Source of the DNA: Kofleriaceae bacterium
GTDB lineage: Bacteria > Myxococcota_A > Polyangia > Haliangiales > Haliangiaceae
DNA: 64,000 bases
Direction of reading: 5' to 3'
NCBI GenBank assembly: GCA_046597055.1
Contig: JBKJLC010000222.1
Coordinates: 25,586-89,585, forward strand
Part shown: one piece after another, positions 55,741 through 64,000 of the stretch
How the letters are laid out: every line of letters starts with the position of its first letter
How positions within the stretch are numbered: position 1 is the first letter of the stretch
Translations under genes and position numbers: made by a program
The notes under the pieces: generated by a model
The model's input: the letters and a program-made list of their open reading frames with translations, nothing else
Database searches by the model: none
What the model was told of the DNA's origin: nothing

Positions 55741-58190
55741 CGCGCGCCTCCCCAGATCCGCTCCTTGGCCGCGATCCACTCGTCGAGCGGCGCGAACCGC
55801 GCACCCTGCTGGCGGGCGCGGCGCCAGGCCTCGAGCGCGCGCGCGCCGTCGCCCTGGCGGTCGCGGACCACGCCCAGGCTGATCAGGGCCTCGGGCAGCT
55901 GGGGCGCCAGCCGCTCGAGCGCGGCAGCGGCGCCGGCGAGCTTGCCGTCGGCGACGTCGATCACCACCCCGGCCAGCCTGACCTCGTCCTCGGCGGCGCG
56001 GCTCTCGGCCTTGCGCGCGACCGCGAGGTACGTGCGGGCCAGGCCGAGCTTGCCGCCGCGGTAGGCGTCGTCGGCCGCGTGCAGCGCGATGACGCGGGTC
56101 GCGGTCGCGAGCAGCTGCTGGGCCGGCCCGGTTGCCTTGCGCTGGAGCGCGGCGAGCTGAACGAGCGCGCGCGCCGCCCGCCGCGGTTGCAGGCCCTCGA
56201 CGAACGCGATCAGCACCGGCACCGCCTGGGTGTCGGCCGGCGCCGGGAACGGACACGCGACCCGCGCGATCGCCTTGAGTCGGGTCAGCGCGCGCTCGCG
56301 GTCGCCGGCGGCGACCGTGGCCAGCGCGAGATCGCAGCGGATCGCGACCTGGACCGCGCCGGTAGTGTCCTCGCCCGCCGCCTCGAGCAGCGCGACCGCG
56401 CGCGCCGCCTGACCGTCCCGCAGCGCGGCGAGCCCCGCGGCGTGCCGGGCGGTCGAGCGCGCCTGCTGCCAGCGCGCGGTGGTCTCGCCGCCGAGCTTGC
56501 CGGCGATGGGCGCGACCTCGGTCAGCGCCGCGAGCGCCTCGGCGGCACGACCGGCGGCAAGCTCGAGGCTGGCCAGCTCGAGCGCGGCGTCGACCGCGAT
56601 CGGCTGGCCCTTGCCGGTCGTCAGCCCGCGGGTGAGCGCCGTCCGCGCCGCCGCGAGGTCGCCACGCGCGACCTGGGCCCGCCCCAGCAGGATCCACGTG
56701 GCCGGGTCGCCCGACTCGCTGCTGCGCTCGAGCGCCGCGACCGCGGCCGGCGCGTCGCCGCTGGCGAGCTCGACCAGCCCGAGGTTGCGCAGCACCGCCG
56801 GGGTCGGCTCGACCGCGGCCGCCCGCACCAGCGCGACCCGCGCCGGCGCCCACTGGCTGTTGGTGATCGACGGCGCCGCCACCGCGAGCAGCGCGCTCGC
56901 CAGCAGCGCGCGGGTGCGCGGGCTGGGCGAGGCCGCCAGCGCGACCTCGAGCTCGATCACCGCGCCTGCGGCATCGCCGCTGCGCAGGCGGCCGGCGCCG
57001 ACCACGGTCCGCAGCTCGCTGTTGCCGCCCAGCGCGGCGACCGCGGGCCCCAGCCGGGTCGCGACCGCGGCGGCCTGGCCGTCGGCGAGCAGCGCCTCGC
57101 CCAGCTCGATCCAGTAGCCGGGGTCGTCGCCAGCCTGGGCCGGCGCGCCGATCGCGTCGAGCTCGACCAGCGCCGCCGCCGGGTCCTGACCGAGCCGGAG
57201 CACGCGCGCGAGCCGCACCGCGAACCGCCGGCGCCGCGGCTCGAGCGTACGCGCCTTGGTCAGCGACGTCCGCGCCGCCGGCAGGTTGCCGCGGACCGCC
57301 TCGGCCTCGCCGACCAGCGCGTGCCCGGCCGCGCTGCGATCCTCGACCGCGCGCAGGTAGCCGCGGGCATGCCGCACCGCCTCGGCCGGGTCGCCGAGCT
57401 CGAGCGCGCACTGGCCGCGCACCAGCTCGACCTCCGGCGGCGCCGTGGGCAGCCGCGCGAGCTTGGTCAAGAGCGGCTGGGCCTGGCGACAGTCGACCGC
57501 CGCGGTCGCCCAGGCCAGGCCCATGTGCGCGGTCAGCCAGTCGCGGTGGCGAGCGGCGATGCCGCGGTAGAGGTCGCGCGCGCGGGCCGGCTGCCGGGTC
57601 CGCAGGTAGGCCTCGGCGAGATCGAGCCGGTGGCGATCGTCGCCGGCCGCGAGCTGCGCCGGGCGCGCGGCGAAGTAGCGCTCGAGCGCGACCGCCGCGT
57701 CGGCCCAGCGCTCGGCGTCCGCGTAGTGATGGCCGAGCAGCACGCTCGCCTCGTAGCGACGCGGCGACCGCACCACCACCTTCTCGAGCAGCGGCACGCC
57801 CTCGGCCGGCGCACCGGCCAGCACGAGCTGGGTGCCGAGCGCGCTGAGCACGTCGTCGTCGTCGGGCGCCAGCTCGCGGGCCCGACGCATCACCGCGACC
57901 CCGAGGGCGTGCTCGCCGAGCGCGGCGTGGACGGCCGCTCGCAGCACGTAGGCCTCGAGCCGGCGTGGGTTGACCGCCAGCGCCTCGTCGAGCGCGCGCG
58001 CGGCCGCGCGGTAGTCGCGCGCGGTCAGCGCTTGCCGGCCGTCGGCCACCAGCGCGCCGCTCTCGTCGTCGCCCTGGGTCGGACGTTGCGCGCGCGCCGC
58101 CGCTGGGGCCACCGCCAGCACCGTCAGTCCCAGGGCGACCGCCAGCGCCCGGCGAGGCGTGCGGTCAGTAGCGATAGCCGAGGCGCGCAT
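55737..58190 (-). CDS. Periplasmic TPR-repeat protein
   Basis: Signal peptide ending ARA; multiple TPR-like repeats. Confidence 0.82.
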   Translation of the reverse strand: MRASAIATDRTPRRALAVALGLTVLAVAPAAARAQRPTQGDDESGALVADGRQALTARDYRAAARALDEALAVNPRRLEAYVLRAAVHAALGEHALGVAVMRRARELAPDDDDVLSALGTQLVLAGAPAEGVPLLEKVVVRSPRRYEASVLLGHHYADAERWADAAVALERYFAARPAQLAAGDDRHRLDLAEAYLRTRQPARARDLYRGIAARHRDWLTAHMGLAWATAAVDCRQAQPLLTKLARLPTAPPEVELVRGQCALELGDPAEAVRHARGYLRAVEDRSAAGHALVGEAEAVRGNLPAARTSLTKARTLEPRRRRFAVRLARVLRLGQDPAAALVELDAIGAPAQAGDDPGYWIELGEALLADGQAAAVATRLGPAVAALGGNSELRTVVGAGRLRSGDAAGAVIELEVALAASPSPRTRALLASALLAVAAPSITNSQWAPARVALVRAAAVEPTPAVLRNLGLVELASGDAPAAVAALERSSESGDPATWILLGRAQVARGDLAAARTALTRGLTTGKGQPIAVDAALELASLELAAGRAAEALAALTEVAPIAGKLGGETTARWQQARSTARHAAGLAALRDGQAARAVALLEAAGEDTTGAVQVAIRCDLALATVAAGDRERALTRLKAIARVACPFPAPADTQAVPVLIAFVEGLQPRRAARALVQLAALQRKATGPAQQLLATATRVIALHAADDAYRGGKLGLARTYLAVARKAESRAAEDEVRLAGVVIDVADGKLAGAAAALERLAPQLPEALISLGVVRDRQGDGARALEAWRRARQQGARFAPLDEWIAAKERIWGGAR

Positions 58191-60240
58191 AGACCTCCCT
58201 CCCCTCGCCCGGCACGGTCGCGAGCACGGTCGGTGCGCCGGCGTCGTCAGTGCGATCGAAGTCCTCGGCGGCCGGCACCTGTTCGCGCACGCCGAGCAGG
58301 TTGCGCACGCCGATCGTGAGATCGAGCTTGCGCAGATCGGGCGCGTACAGCGCCACCCCGACCCCGGCATAGGGGTCGGTCTCGCGCGGCGCGGCGCCGT
58401 CCGCGACCCGGACCGGCCGTGGCCCGATCGCGTGGACCTCGGTCGACAGGTGGACCTCGCCCCACAGCCGCGGCGACGACACCCCGAGCACGCCCGACAC
58501 TGCCGGCGCACCGTAGGCGACGTCGACCGTCATCGGGTCGCCATCGTCGGCGGTGACCTCGGTGATCGCGGCGCCGCCGAAGCCGAACCAGCCGTCGGCG
58601 TGGCGGTAGCTCGCCTCGAGCTCGAGGCCGACCGACTCCAGGGTGCCGACGTTCTGGAACTGCAGCTGCTCCATGCCGTCGACGTCGATCGGCTCCTGCT
58701 CGACCAGGCCGTCGGCGACCCACGAGAACGCCGACAGCCGCGCGGTGAGCCCGCGCAGCGGCCGGCCCCACATCACCGCCTCGAAGCTGCGGATGGTCTC
58801 GGCCTTGATCAGCGGGTTGTTGGTGAAGTCGATCTCGTCCTTGAAGAACGCCTCGAACGCGCTCGGGTTGCGGAAGCCCTCGGAGTAGAGGAGCTTGGCG
58901 CCGTAGCGGTCCTTCTTGCTGGCGAACAGCGCGGCCCGCGGCGAGACCCGGTCGTCGAGCAGCGAGTGGCGATCGAAGCGGACCCCGGCGGTGAACGCCA
59001 GCCACGGCAGCGGCGCGCCGTCGAGCTCGGCATACACGCCCTCGACGTCGAAGTTGGTCTCGACCTCGACCGGTGGCTCGCCGCTGTTCTCGAGCCAGGC
59101 CTGGCTGTCGGTGCGGATCAGCGTCGTCTCGCCGCCGGTGGTGACCCCGAGCCGATCGCCGTCGAGCAGCTCGAGCCGGCCGCGCAGCTCGACGCCGGCC
59201 CAGGCCGAGTCGCCGATGTCGGCGAACACCCCGGTGCCATCGGCCAGCGTCAAGAAGTCGCGGAAGCGGTAGCGGTTCAGGTACAGGCGCCCGGTGACCG
59301 TGACCCGATCCGACAGCTCGCGGGTGTAGCCGCCTTCGATCATCAACTGGGTGTCGATGTTGCGATTGTCGGGCTCCCCGATGTCCGACGAGTACGGCGC
59401 GAACGCCAGCTCACGCTCGCGGCGCACGAACCGCACCTGCGCGAACGCGCCCTCGTACACGCCGACCAGGCCGGCGTTGATCGCCCGCATGCCGTCGGCG
59501 TCGATGCCGTCGCCCAGCTCGGGCACGTCGAGGACCTCGCCGCCGCGGCCGGTGGCCGCGACCGAGCCGCGCAGCTGGTGATCGACGTCGCCGGTGGCAA
59601 ACCCGGCGGCGAACGAGCCCGACGTGAACTGGCCGGCGCCGATGCGCCCCCACGCGCGCGGCGCCTCGGTCGCGCCGCGGGTGACGATGTTGATGATCCC
59701 GAAGAACGCGTTGGTGCCGTACACCGACGACACCGGGCCGCGGATGACCTCGACCCGGGCCACGTCGTCGATCGACACCAGCGTGTCCCAGCCGAGCCCG
59801 GCGAACTGGTTCCACGGCTCGTTGACGGTGGCGCCGTCGATCAGCACCAGCACGCGGGTGTTGAAGTCGCCCAGCACCTGCAGCCCGCGCACGCCGACCC
59901 GCTCGGTCAGCCGGTCGTCGGCGATGAACACGCCGGCGACGCCGCGCAGCGCCTCGGCCACGGTCCGGTAGCCCATGCGGCGCAGCCGATCGCCGCTGAC
60001 CACGGTCACCGCCGACGCGACGTTGCCGAGCGACTGCTCGCGCTTGGCGGCGCCGACCACCACGTCCTCCTCGGTGCTGGTCGCCGACAGCACCGCGAGG
60101 TCGGCGTCCTGGCCGAGCGAGGCCTCCTCGTCCGGCAGCGGCGGCAGGTCCTCGACCTCGACCCGCGGCAGCTCGTCGGCGCGCGCCGGTCCCCCGGTCA
60201 GCGCGGTGACCACCACCAGCACCGCCGCCGCCCGCCTCAT
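58165..60240 (-). CDS. TonB-dependent receptor
   Basis: Plug motifs SAVTVVS, VLVLIDG, RVEVIRGPVSSVYG; barrel SPRAAL, NLL, C-terminal GREVYARLGYRY. Confidence 0.93.
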   Translation of the reverse strand: MRRAAAVLVVVTALTGGPARADELPRVEVEDLPPLPDEEASLGQDADLAVLSATSTEEDVVVGAAKREQSLGNVASAVTVVSGDRLRRMGYRTVAEALRGVAGVFIADDRLTERVGVRGLQVLGDFNTRVLVLIDGATVNEPWNQFAGLGWDTLVSIDDVARVEVIRGPVSSVYGTNAFFGIINIVTRGATEAPRAWGRIGAGQFTSGSFAAGFATGDVDHQLRGSVAATGRGGEVLDVPELGDGIDADGMRAINAGLVGVYEGAFAQVRFVRRERELAFAPYSSDIGEPDNRNIDTQLMIEGGYTRELSDRVTVTGRLYLNRYRFRDFLTLADGTGVFADIGDSAWAGVELRGRLELLDGDRLGVTTGGETTLIRTDSQAWLENSGEPPVEVETNFDVEGVYAELDGAPLPWLAFTAGVRFDRHSLLDDRVSPRAALFASKKDRYGAKLLYSEGFRNPSAFEAFFKDEIDFTNNPLIKAETIRSFEAVMWGRPLRGLTARLSAFSWVADGLVEQEPIDVDGMEQLQFQNVGTLESVGLELEASYRHADGWFGFGGAAITEVTADDGDPMTVDVAYGAPAVSGVLGVSSPRLWGEVHLSTEVHAIGPRPVRVADGAAPRETDPYAGVGVALYAPDLRKLDLTIGVRNLLGVREQVPAAEDFDRTDDAGAPTVLATVPGEGREVYARLGYRY

Positions 60241-61898
60241 CGTCCGCCGTCCGCACCGGCCACCCGCAGCGGCTGCTCGCCGGCCACGGGTGGATCGTAC
60301 TGGCACAGCACGAACGTGATGTCGTCTTGCACCGCGGTGCCTTCGGCGAACTTGTCGATCGCGCCGCGGACCAGCTCGCGCAGCCCCGGCAGCGCGCCGG
60401 GATCGGTCGGCACGTCGCGCCCGGCGAAGATGTTGCGCAGCCGGCGATCGCCGAACAGCTTGCCGCTGGGCGCCTGCCGCTCGACCACGCCGTCGGTGAA
60501 CGCGACGAACAGGTCACCGGGCTGCAGCTGGACCGCGCCGCGCCGGATGTCCTGGCGAACCAGGCGGTCGCCGAGCGGGTTGCCGCTGGCCGCGATGATC
60601 ATGCTGTCGCCCAGCGTGCGGCCCTGCTTCATGCGCATGACATACGGGAAGTTCTGGCCGGCGTTCGCGTACTGGACCTGGCCGGTCTGCGAGTCGAATA
60701 CCGCGGCGAACGCGGTCATCAGCAGCGAGTGCTCGCCGACGTTCCGGATCGACGCGTCGATCGACTTGAGCACCTGCTCGGGCGTCAGCAGGCGCTCGTC
60801 GACCTCGGCCAGCGCCTCGACCGCGCCGCGCGCGGTGCCGGCCAGGATCGCGGAGTGAACGCCGTGGCCGGTGGCATCGCCGATCACGATCAGCATCCGC
60901 CCGCCCGACATCGGCCGGAACGTCCACCAGTCGCCGCCGCAGCTGGTCGCCGGCTCGCAGTAGCCGACGACCTTGAGGTTGCCGTGGTGCACCATCTCGG
61001 GCGGCGGCAACATGCTCTGCTGGACCGAGCGCGCGAGATCGAGCTCGCGCTGCATCATCGCCTTCTGGGTCTGCTCGACCATCAGCGCGCCCAGCTGGGT
61101 CGCCATCCGGTTGAACTCGCGGGCCAGCACGCCCAGCTCGTCGCGTCGCTTGTCGGGCACCCGCTGATCGAGGCTGCCCTGGGCGATGCGGTGGGCCTGG
61201 GTCGCGAGCTGGCGCAGCGGCCGCGCGATGCCGATGCCCTGCAGCGCGGCCAGCACGACCCCGATCGCGAGCAGCGCGGCCGCGACCAGCCACACCGTCT
61301 GCATCGATTCGTCGGCGCGGCGCCCGGCCGCGGCCAGGGCCGCCTGCAGCTCGCGATCGAGATCGGCGGTGGTCACGCCCATCCGGAGCTGACCGACCAG
61401 CTTGTCGTCGAGCCGGACCGTGGTCGCATAGACCCAGTCGGGGCGCCCGTCGACCACCCGGCGGTGCGCGACCGCGCGATGTTCGGGCGCGTCGCCGGCG
61501 GCGCGGGTCTCCGGAAAGTCCTGGAAGTCGACCGCGGGGGCGCCCGGCGTACCGGCGACGGGCTGGCCGGTCTCGGTGCCGACCACCACCCACTGGATCC
61601 GCGGGTACTCCCGGATGGTCGAGGCCAGGAGCGGCCCGACCTCGCCGTAGGCCTGCTGCGCCATCGCGATCTTCGAGCCGGCGGCGATGTTGCGCGCGAG
61701 CAGCTCGGACTCGCGGACGATCGCGGCCTCGCCGCGCACCCGGCGCACCGCGGCATCGTCGCGCGCCAGGTCCCGGATCGCCGCTTGCCCGAACCAGGCC
61801 GAGGCGGCCACCGATGCGGCCACCACGATCGACGTGGTGAGCATCAGCTTGAGGGAAAGCGGTACTCCCGCTCTCTCCGCTGGGGTAACTCCGCCCAC
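60237..61898 (-). CDS. Membrane sensor with HAMP and PP2C/SpoIIE (RsbU-like) phosphatase domains
   Basis: 2 TM; RRDELGVLAREFNRM; ARSVQQSMLP, GGDWW, IGDATGHG, FTDGVVE, QDDIT. Confidence 0.93.
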   Translation of the reverse strand: MGGVTPAERAGVPLSLKLMLTTSIVVAASVAASAWFGQAAIRDLARDDAAVRRVRGEAAIVRESELLARNIAAGSKIAMAQQAYGEVGPLLASTIREYPRIQWVVVGTETGQPVAGTPGAPAVDFQDFPETRAAGDAPEHRAVAHRRVVDGRPDWVYATTVRLDDKLVGQLRMGVTTADLDRELQAALAAAGRRADESMQTVWLVAAALLAIGVVLAALQGIGIARPLRQLATQAHRIAQGSLDQRVPDKRRDELGVLAREFNRMATQLGALMVEQTQKAMMQRELDLARSVQQSMLPPPEMVHHGNLKVVGYCEPATSCGGDWWTFRPMSGGRMLIVIGDATGHGVHSAILAGTARGAVEALAEVDERLLTPEQVLKSIDASIRNVGEHSLLMTAFAAVFDSQTGQVQYANAGQNFPYVMRMKQGRTLGDSMIIAASGNPLGDRLVRQDIRRGAVQLQPGDLFVAFTDGVVERQAPSGKLFGDRRLRNIFAGRDVPTDPGALPGLRELVRGAIDKFAEGTAVQDDITFVLCQYDPPVAGEQPLRVAGADGGR

Positions 61899-61931
61899 GG
61901 CCTGAATCCTCGTCGGTGACCGACGCTGGTG

Positions 61932-62552
61932 TCAACCGTCCCGGCGTCGCGTCTCGGCGTGGCTCCCGTCGCGCCACGGCTCGGCACCGGGGAGCGGTCG
62001 CCCGGCTCGCTGCATGCGCGCGACCGCCGCCTCGAACACCCGCACCAGCGGGTCGGACGCCTCGGATCCCTCGAGCAGCTGGAGGGCCCCGGCGATCGCC
62101 TCGATGGTCGAGACCATGCCGGGCGCGGGCGCGCGCCGCATCCGGACCGCCGCCGGCACCGGCGCCACCGACAGCACGGGCACCCCGCGCAGGCCGGTCA
62201 GCCGCTGGCGCATCCGGCGCGCCTGGGCCCAGGTCGCGTCGAGCACGACCACCGTGGCCGGGGCCGGCACCGGCGCGACCGTCCGCGCCGCGCCCTCGGG
62301 AAACAAGAGCCAGGCGCCCGCGCCCAGCGCCAGATCCGCGTGGCGATCGGTCTCGCCGGGGCCGAACAGGTCGCGCAGCTCGCTGTTGGGCAGCGCCAGG
62401 TGGGCGAGCCGCCCCGAGTTGCTCGACCGATCGTGCTCGCCGTGGTGGCGCAAGATGACGATCCGGGTCCGGGTCTCGACGCGCGGGATCTCGCCGCACA
62501 GGCAGACCTCGCGGCGGAACGTGCAGCGTGGGCACCGGGCCGGATCGAGCAC
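61932..62552 (-). CDS. DTW-domain tRNA-uridine aminocarboxypropyltransferase (TapT/YfiP-like)
   Basis: RCPRC..CLC, SNSGRL, LLFP, VLDATW, STIEA; start GTG 62552 or 62567. Confidence 0.88.
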   Translation of the reverse strand: MLDPARCPRCTFRREVCLCGEIPRVETRTRIVILRHHGEHDRSSNSGRLAHLALPNSELRDLFGPGETDRHADLALGAGAWLLFPEGAARTVAPVPAPATVVVLDATWAQARRMRQRLTGLRGVPVLSVAPVPAAVRMRRAPAPGMVSTIEAIAGALQLLEGSEASDPLVRVFEAAVARMQRAGRPLPGAEPWRDGSHAETRRRDG

Positions 62553-62720
62553 GCGGCCGTGTAGCACGACTCGTCACCGGTCCGGCCGGCGTCCGACCGG
62601 CGGACGCCGGCGCCGCTCCCGCCTCGCGGACTCGGCCGCGGACCTCTCGACCGCGACAGCGCTGTCTCGATCGACACCGCAGGTTCGACATCGGCTGTGA
62701 GGTGACGCGGGATTGGCTGG

Positions 62721-62736
62721 TGGCATCGCCGTTGCT
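62721..62736 (+). promoter_or_regulatory. sigma54 promoter
   Basis: TGGCATCGCCGTTGCT = TGGC-N7-TTGCT, 13 nt before ATG 62750. Confidence 0.72.
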
Positions 62737-62749
62737 TAGGCTCAGCACC

Positions 62750-63391
62750 ATGCGCAGCCTCGCCGCCGCCGCCGCTCTTGCCGCCCTCGTCGCCGGACCC
62801 CGCCTTGCCGGCGCCGAGGGCAACTACTTCTCGTTCGGGCTGGGCCCCACCACGGTCGAGGACGAGCTGGCCACCGAGACCGGCACCGACGGCATGCGCC
62901 TCCGCATGGCGGTCGGCCACCGGATGGGCAACCTCGCCTTCGAGGGCTTCATCGCGCCCGAGTTCTTCGACGTCGGGTTCACCACCGGCGTCGGCGTCGG
63001 CCTCGATGCCCGCTACATCCTGCCGGTGTCGAGCGGCCTCCAGCTCTACGTCCGCGGCAGCGTCAGCCGGCTGTCGACCACGCTCGACGACGGCTACGGC
63101 TACGGCGCGCCGCCCGACGGCAGCTCGACCTGGGGCAGCGCCAGCCGCGACTACGCCGGCCGCGGGCTCGGCGGCGGCGTCGGCGTCCAGCTGCGCGGCA
63201 AGGTCCGCGCCCTCGGCTTCCTGTACTGGCCGCTGTTCTTCATCCCGGCCGGGCCCAAGGTCAACGCCGCCCTGTTCATGGACCACGGCTACGACTTCTA
63301 CCGGCTGCACGCGAGCGACGATCGGGGCGGCTCGCTCGACGCCCGGGTCACCCGCCTGACCGTCGGCTTCAACGTCGGCACCGACTTCTGA
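62750..63391 (+). CDS. Outer-membrane beta-barrel protein (small, OmpA/OmpW-like)
   Basis: Signal peptide; amphipathic strands; C-terminal Phe (FNVGTDF). Confidence 0.75.
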   Translation: MRSLAAAAALAALVAGPRLAGAEGNYFSFGLGPTTVEDELATETGTDGMRLRMAVGHRMGNLAFEGFIAPEFFDVGFTTGVGVGLDARYILPVSSGLQLYVRGSVSRLSTTLDDGYGYGAPPDGSSTWGSASRDYAGRGLGGGVGVQLRGKVRALGFLYWPLFFIPAGPKVNAALFMDHGYDFYRLHASDDRGGSLDARVTRLTVGFNVGTDF

Positions 63392-63442
63392 GCCGGGCTC
63401 CCGGCTTGCGCACGCCGCGCGCGCCGCTCACGATGCGCCGGC

Positions 63443-63928
63443 ATGGCGAAGCGCGCGATCGAGCAGCGTGACACCGCGGCGCCCGCCCGCGTCGAGGTGC
63501 TGACCACCGCCCGCGACGCGAGCCACCCGGCCGGCCGCATGGTCGTGACGTCGCCGCGCGAGCTCGACGGCATCATCCGCCGCATCCCCGAGGGCCGGGT
63601 CCTGACCCTCGGCACCCTGCGCGCCAGCCTCGCGCGCAACCACCGCGCCGACTACACCTGCCCGACCACCACCCCCAGCTTCCTGCGCGTGGTCGCCGAC
63701 GCCGCCGAAGAAGAGCGCGCCGCGGGCGCCGGCCGCATTGCCCCGTGGTGGCGGGTCGTGCACGACGACGGCGGCCTGTTCGAGCACCTGCCCGGCGGCG
63801 TCGCCGCCCAGACCCGGCTCCTCACGGTCGAGTCGATCGACGTCCTGCACATGGGCAAGACCCCGCGGGTCACGCTGGTCGAGCACTTCGCGTGGACGCC
63901 GCCACCGCTCGGCCGCAAGACCCGCTGA
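63443..63928 (+). CDS. MGMT-family alkyltransferase-like DNA-binding protein
   Basis: IRRIPEGRVLT; PWWRVV (Trp in place of catalytic Cys of PCHRV); QTRLLTVE. Confidence 0.78.
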   Translation: MAKRAIEQRDTAAPARVEVLTTARDASHPAGRMVVTSPRELDGIIRRIPEGRVLTLGTLRASLARNHRADYTCPTTTPSFLRVVADAAEEERAAGAGRIAPWWRVVHDDGGLFEHLPGGVAAQTRLLTVESIDVLHMGKTPRVTLVEHFAWTPPPLGRKTR

Positions 63929-64000
63929 CCCGCGCACGCGCGCCACCGATTGCGCCGATGTGGCATTGGTCACCCACTGCCACCTGCTGTGGGCACCGAG

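Overview
High-GC chromosomal window with a myxobacterial gene repertoire (MYXO-CTERM, Cys-rich lipoproteins, TPR Ser/Thr kinases, FHA-sigma54 activator, giant TPR protein); the taxon is inferred, not shown. It holds about 45 CDSs, a tRNA-Arg(UCG)/tRNA-Lys(CUU) pair and an oxidative pentose-phosphate operon (gnd-pgl-zwf). No mobile element, integrase or CRISPR array was seen. Best leads: (1) a 1327-aa surface protein whose N-terminal half resembles by eye the eukaryotic BPI/LBP (TULIP) lipid-binding fold, with an internal MYXO-CTERM followed by a second lipoprotein signal (possible polyprotein); (2) a coupled PP2C phosphatase / TonB-dependent receptor / TPR / PhnD-like operon; (3) a possible sigma54 loop of pseudo-trypsin-ricin lipoprotein, TPR kinase and FHA activator; (4) a Rubisco-LSMT/SETD3-like SET protein; (5) repeated leaderless or near-leaderless promoter geometry. 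All family assignments are motif recognition by eye; no searches were run. Many start codons were trimmed relative to the ORF track.
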